Shown in pieces: positions 63,681 to 64,000 of a DNA stretch of 64,000 nt. Made by a program: the position numbers and the translations under genes. The stretch is from Eledone cirrhosa (Eukaryota), in contig OZ024755.1 of assembly GCA_964016885.1 (NCBI GenBank), positions 26,288,001 through 26,352,000 of the forward strand. Direction: 5' to 3'. The notes under the pieces were generated by a model. It searched no databases. It worked only from the letters and a program-made list of their open reading frames with translations, and was not told where the DNA came from. Numbering within the stretch: position 1 is the first letter of the stretch; each line of letters begins with the position of its first letter.

Positions 63681-64000
63681 TGCTTTGTAGTTTTGGTGAT
63701 CGACATTGCTTTGTTTATAATAGCAATAATGGTCATCTCGGTTGTGACAAAATGATGTTTTGGCTAATGGCAAAATGCTACTTTTGTTGCTATTAGCTGG
63801 TCTCGAAGGCGTCTACATTGTCACTTTTGCACGCATTCCAGCACTATTAAGTCACGACGGTAGTTGGGGAGTTGTTAGTGTTGTTATTGTTGTTGTTGAA
63901 GCTGGACATGTTGGCGTTGTTTTGTTGCTGCCATGACCATGTTGCTGTTTTTCCGGATTTGGGATCTGCAATAGGAAGATCCTACAATAATTAAGGGGAA

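Overview
AT-rich, microsatellite-laden animal DNA that is intergenic or intronic. The SINE and microsatellite repertoire looks cephalopod/octopus-like, which is an inference. No host protein-coding gene can be supported, and nearly all ORF-track entries are translated microsatellites or antisense shadows. The window is a nest of transposable elements: a near-intact RTE-clade LINE (APE+RT) with a C4HC3 PHD finger inside its RT, remnants of RTE, R4/Dong, Tx1, CRE and Vingi/I-like LINEs, two tRNA-derived SINE groups, hAT, mariner/Tc1 and piggyBac-like MITEs, a non-autonomous Helitron and a Penelope-like element (RT+GIY-YIG). The most striking signal is non-coding. By eye I find about a dozen type I hammerhead ribozyme (HHR) motifs, six with intact CUGANGA/GAAA/NUH cores, many with unusually large stem-loop II. 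Some sit in ORF-less, circularly permuted retrozyme-like units (563-bp and 706-bp monomers) inserted in (TA)n. Several fold-back elements have their inversion point at the HHR cleavage site or in stem II. All calls are from manual reading, and boundaries of degenerate elements are approximate.
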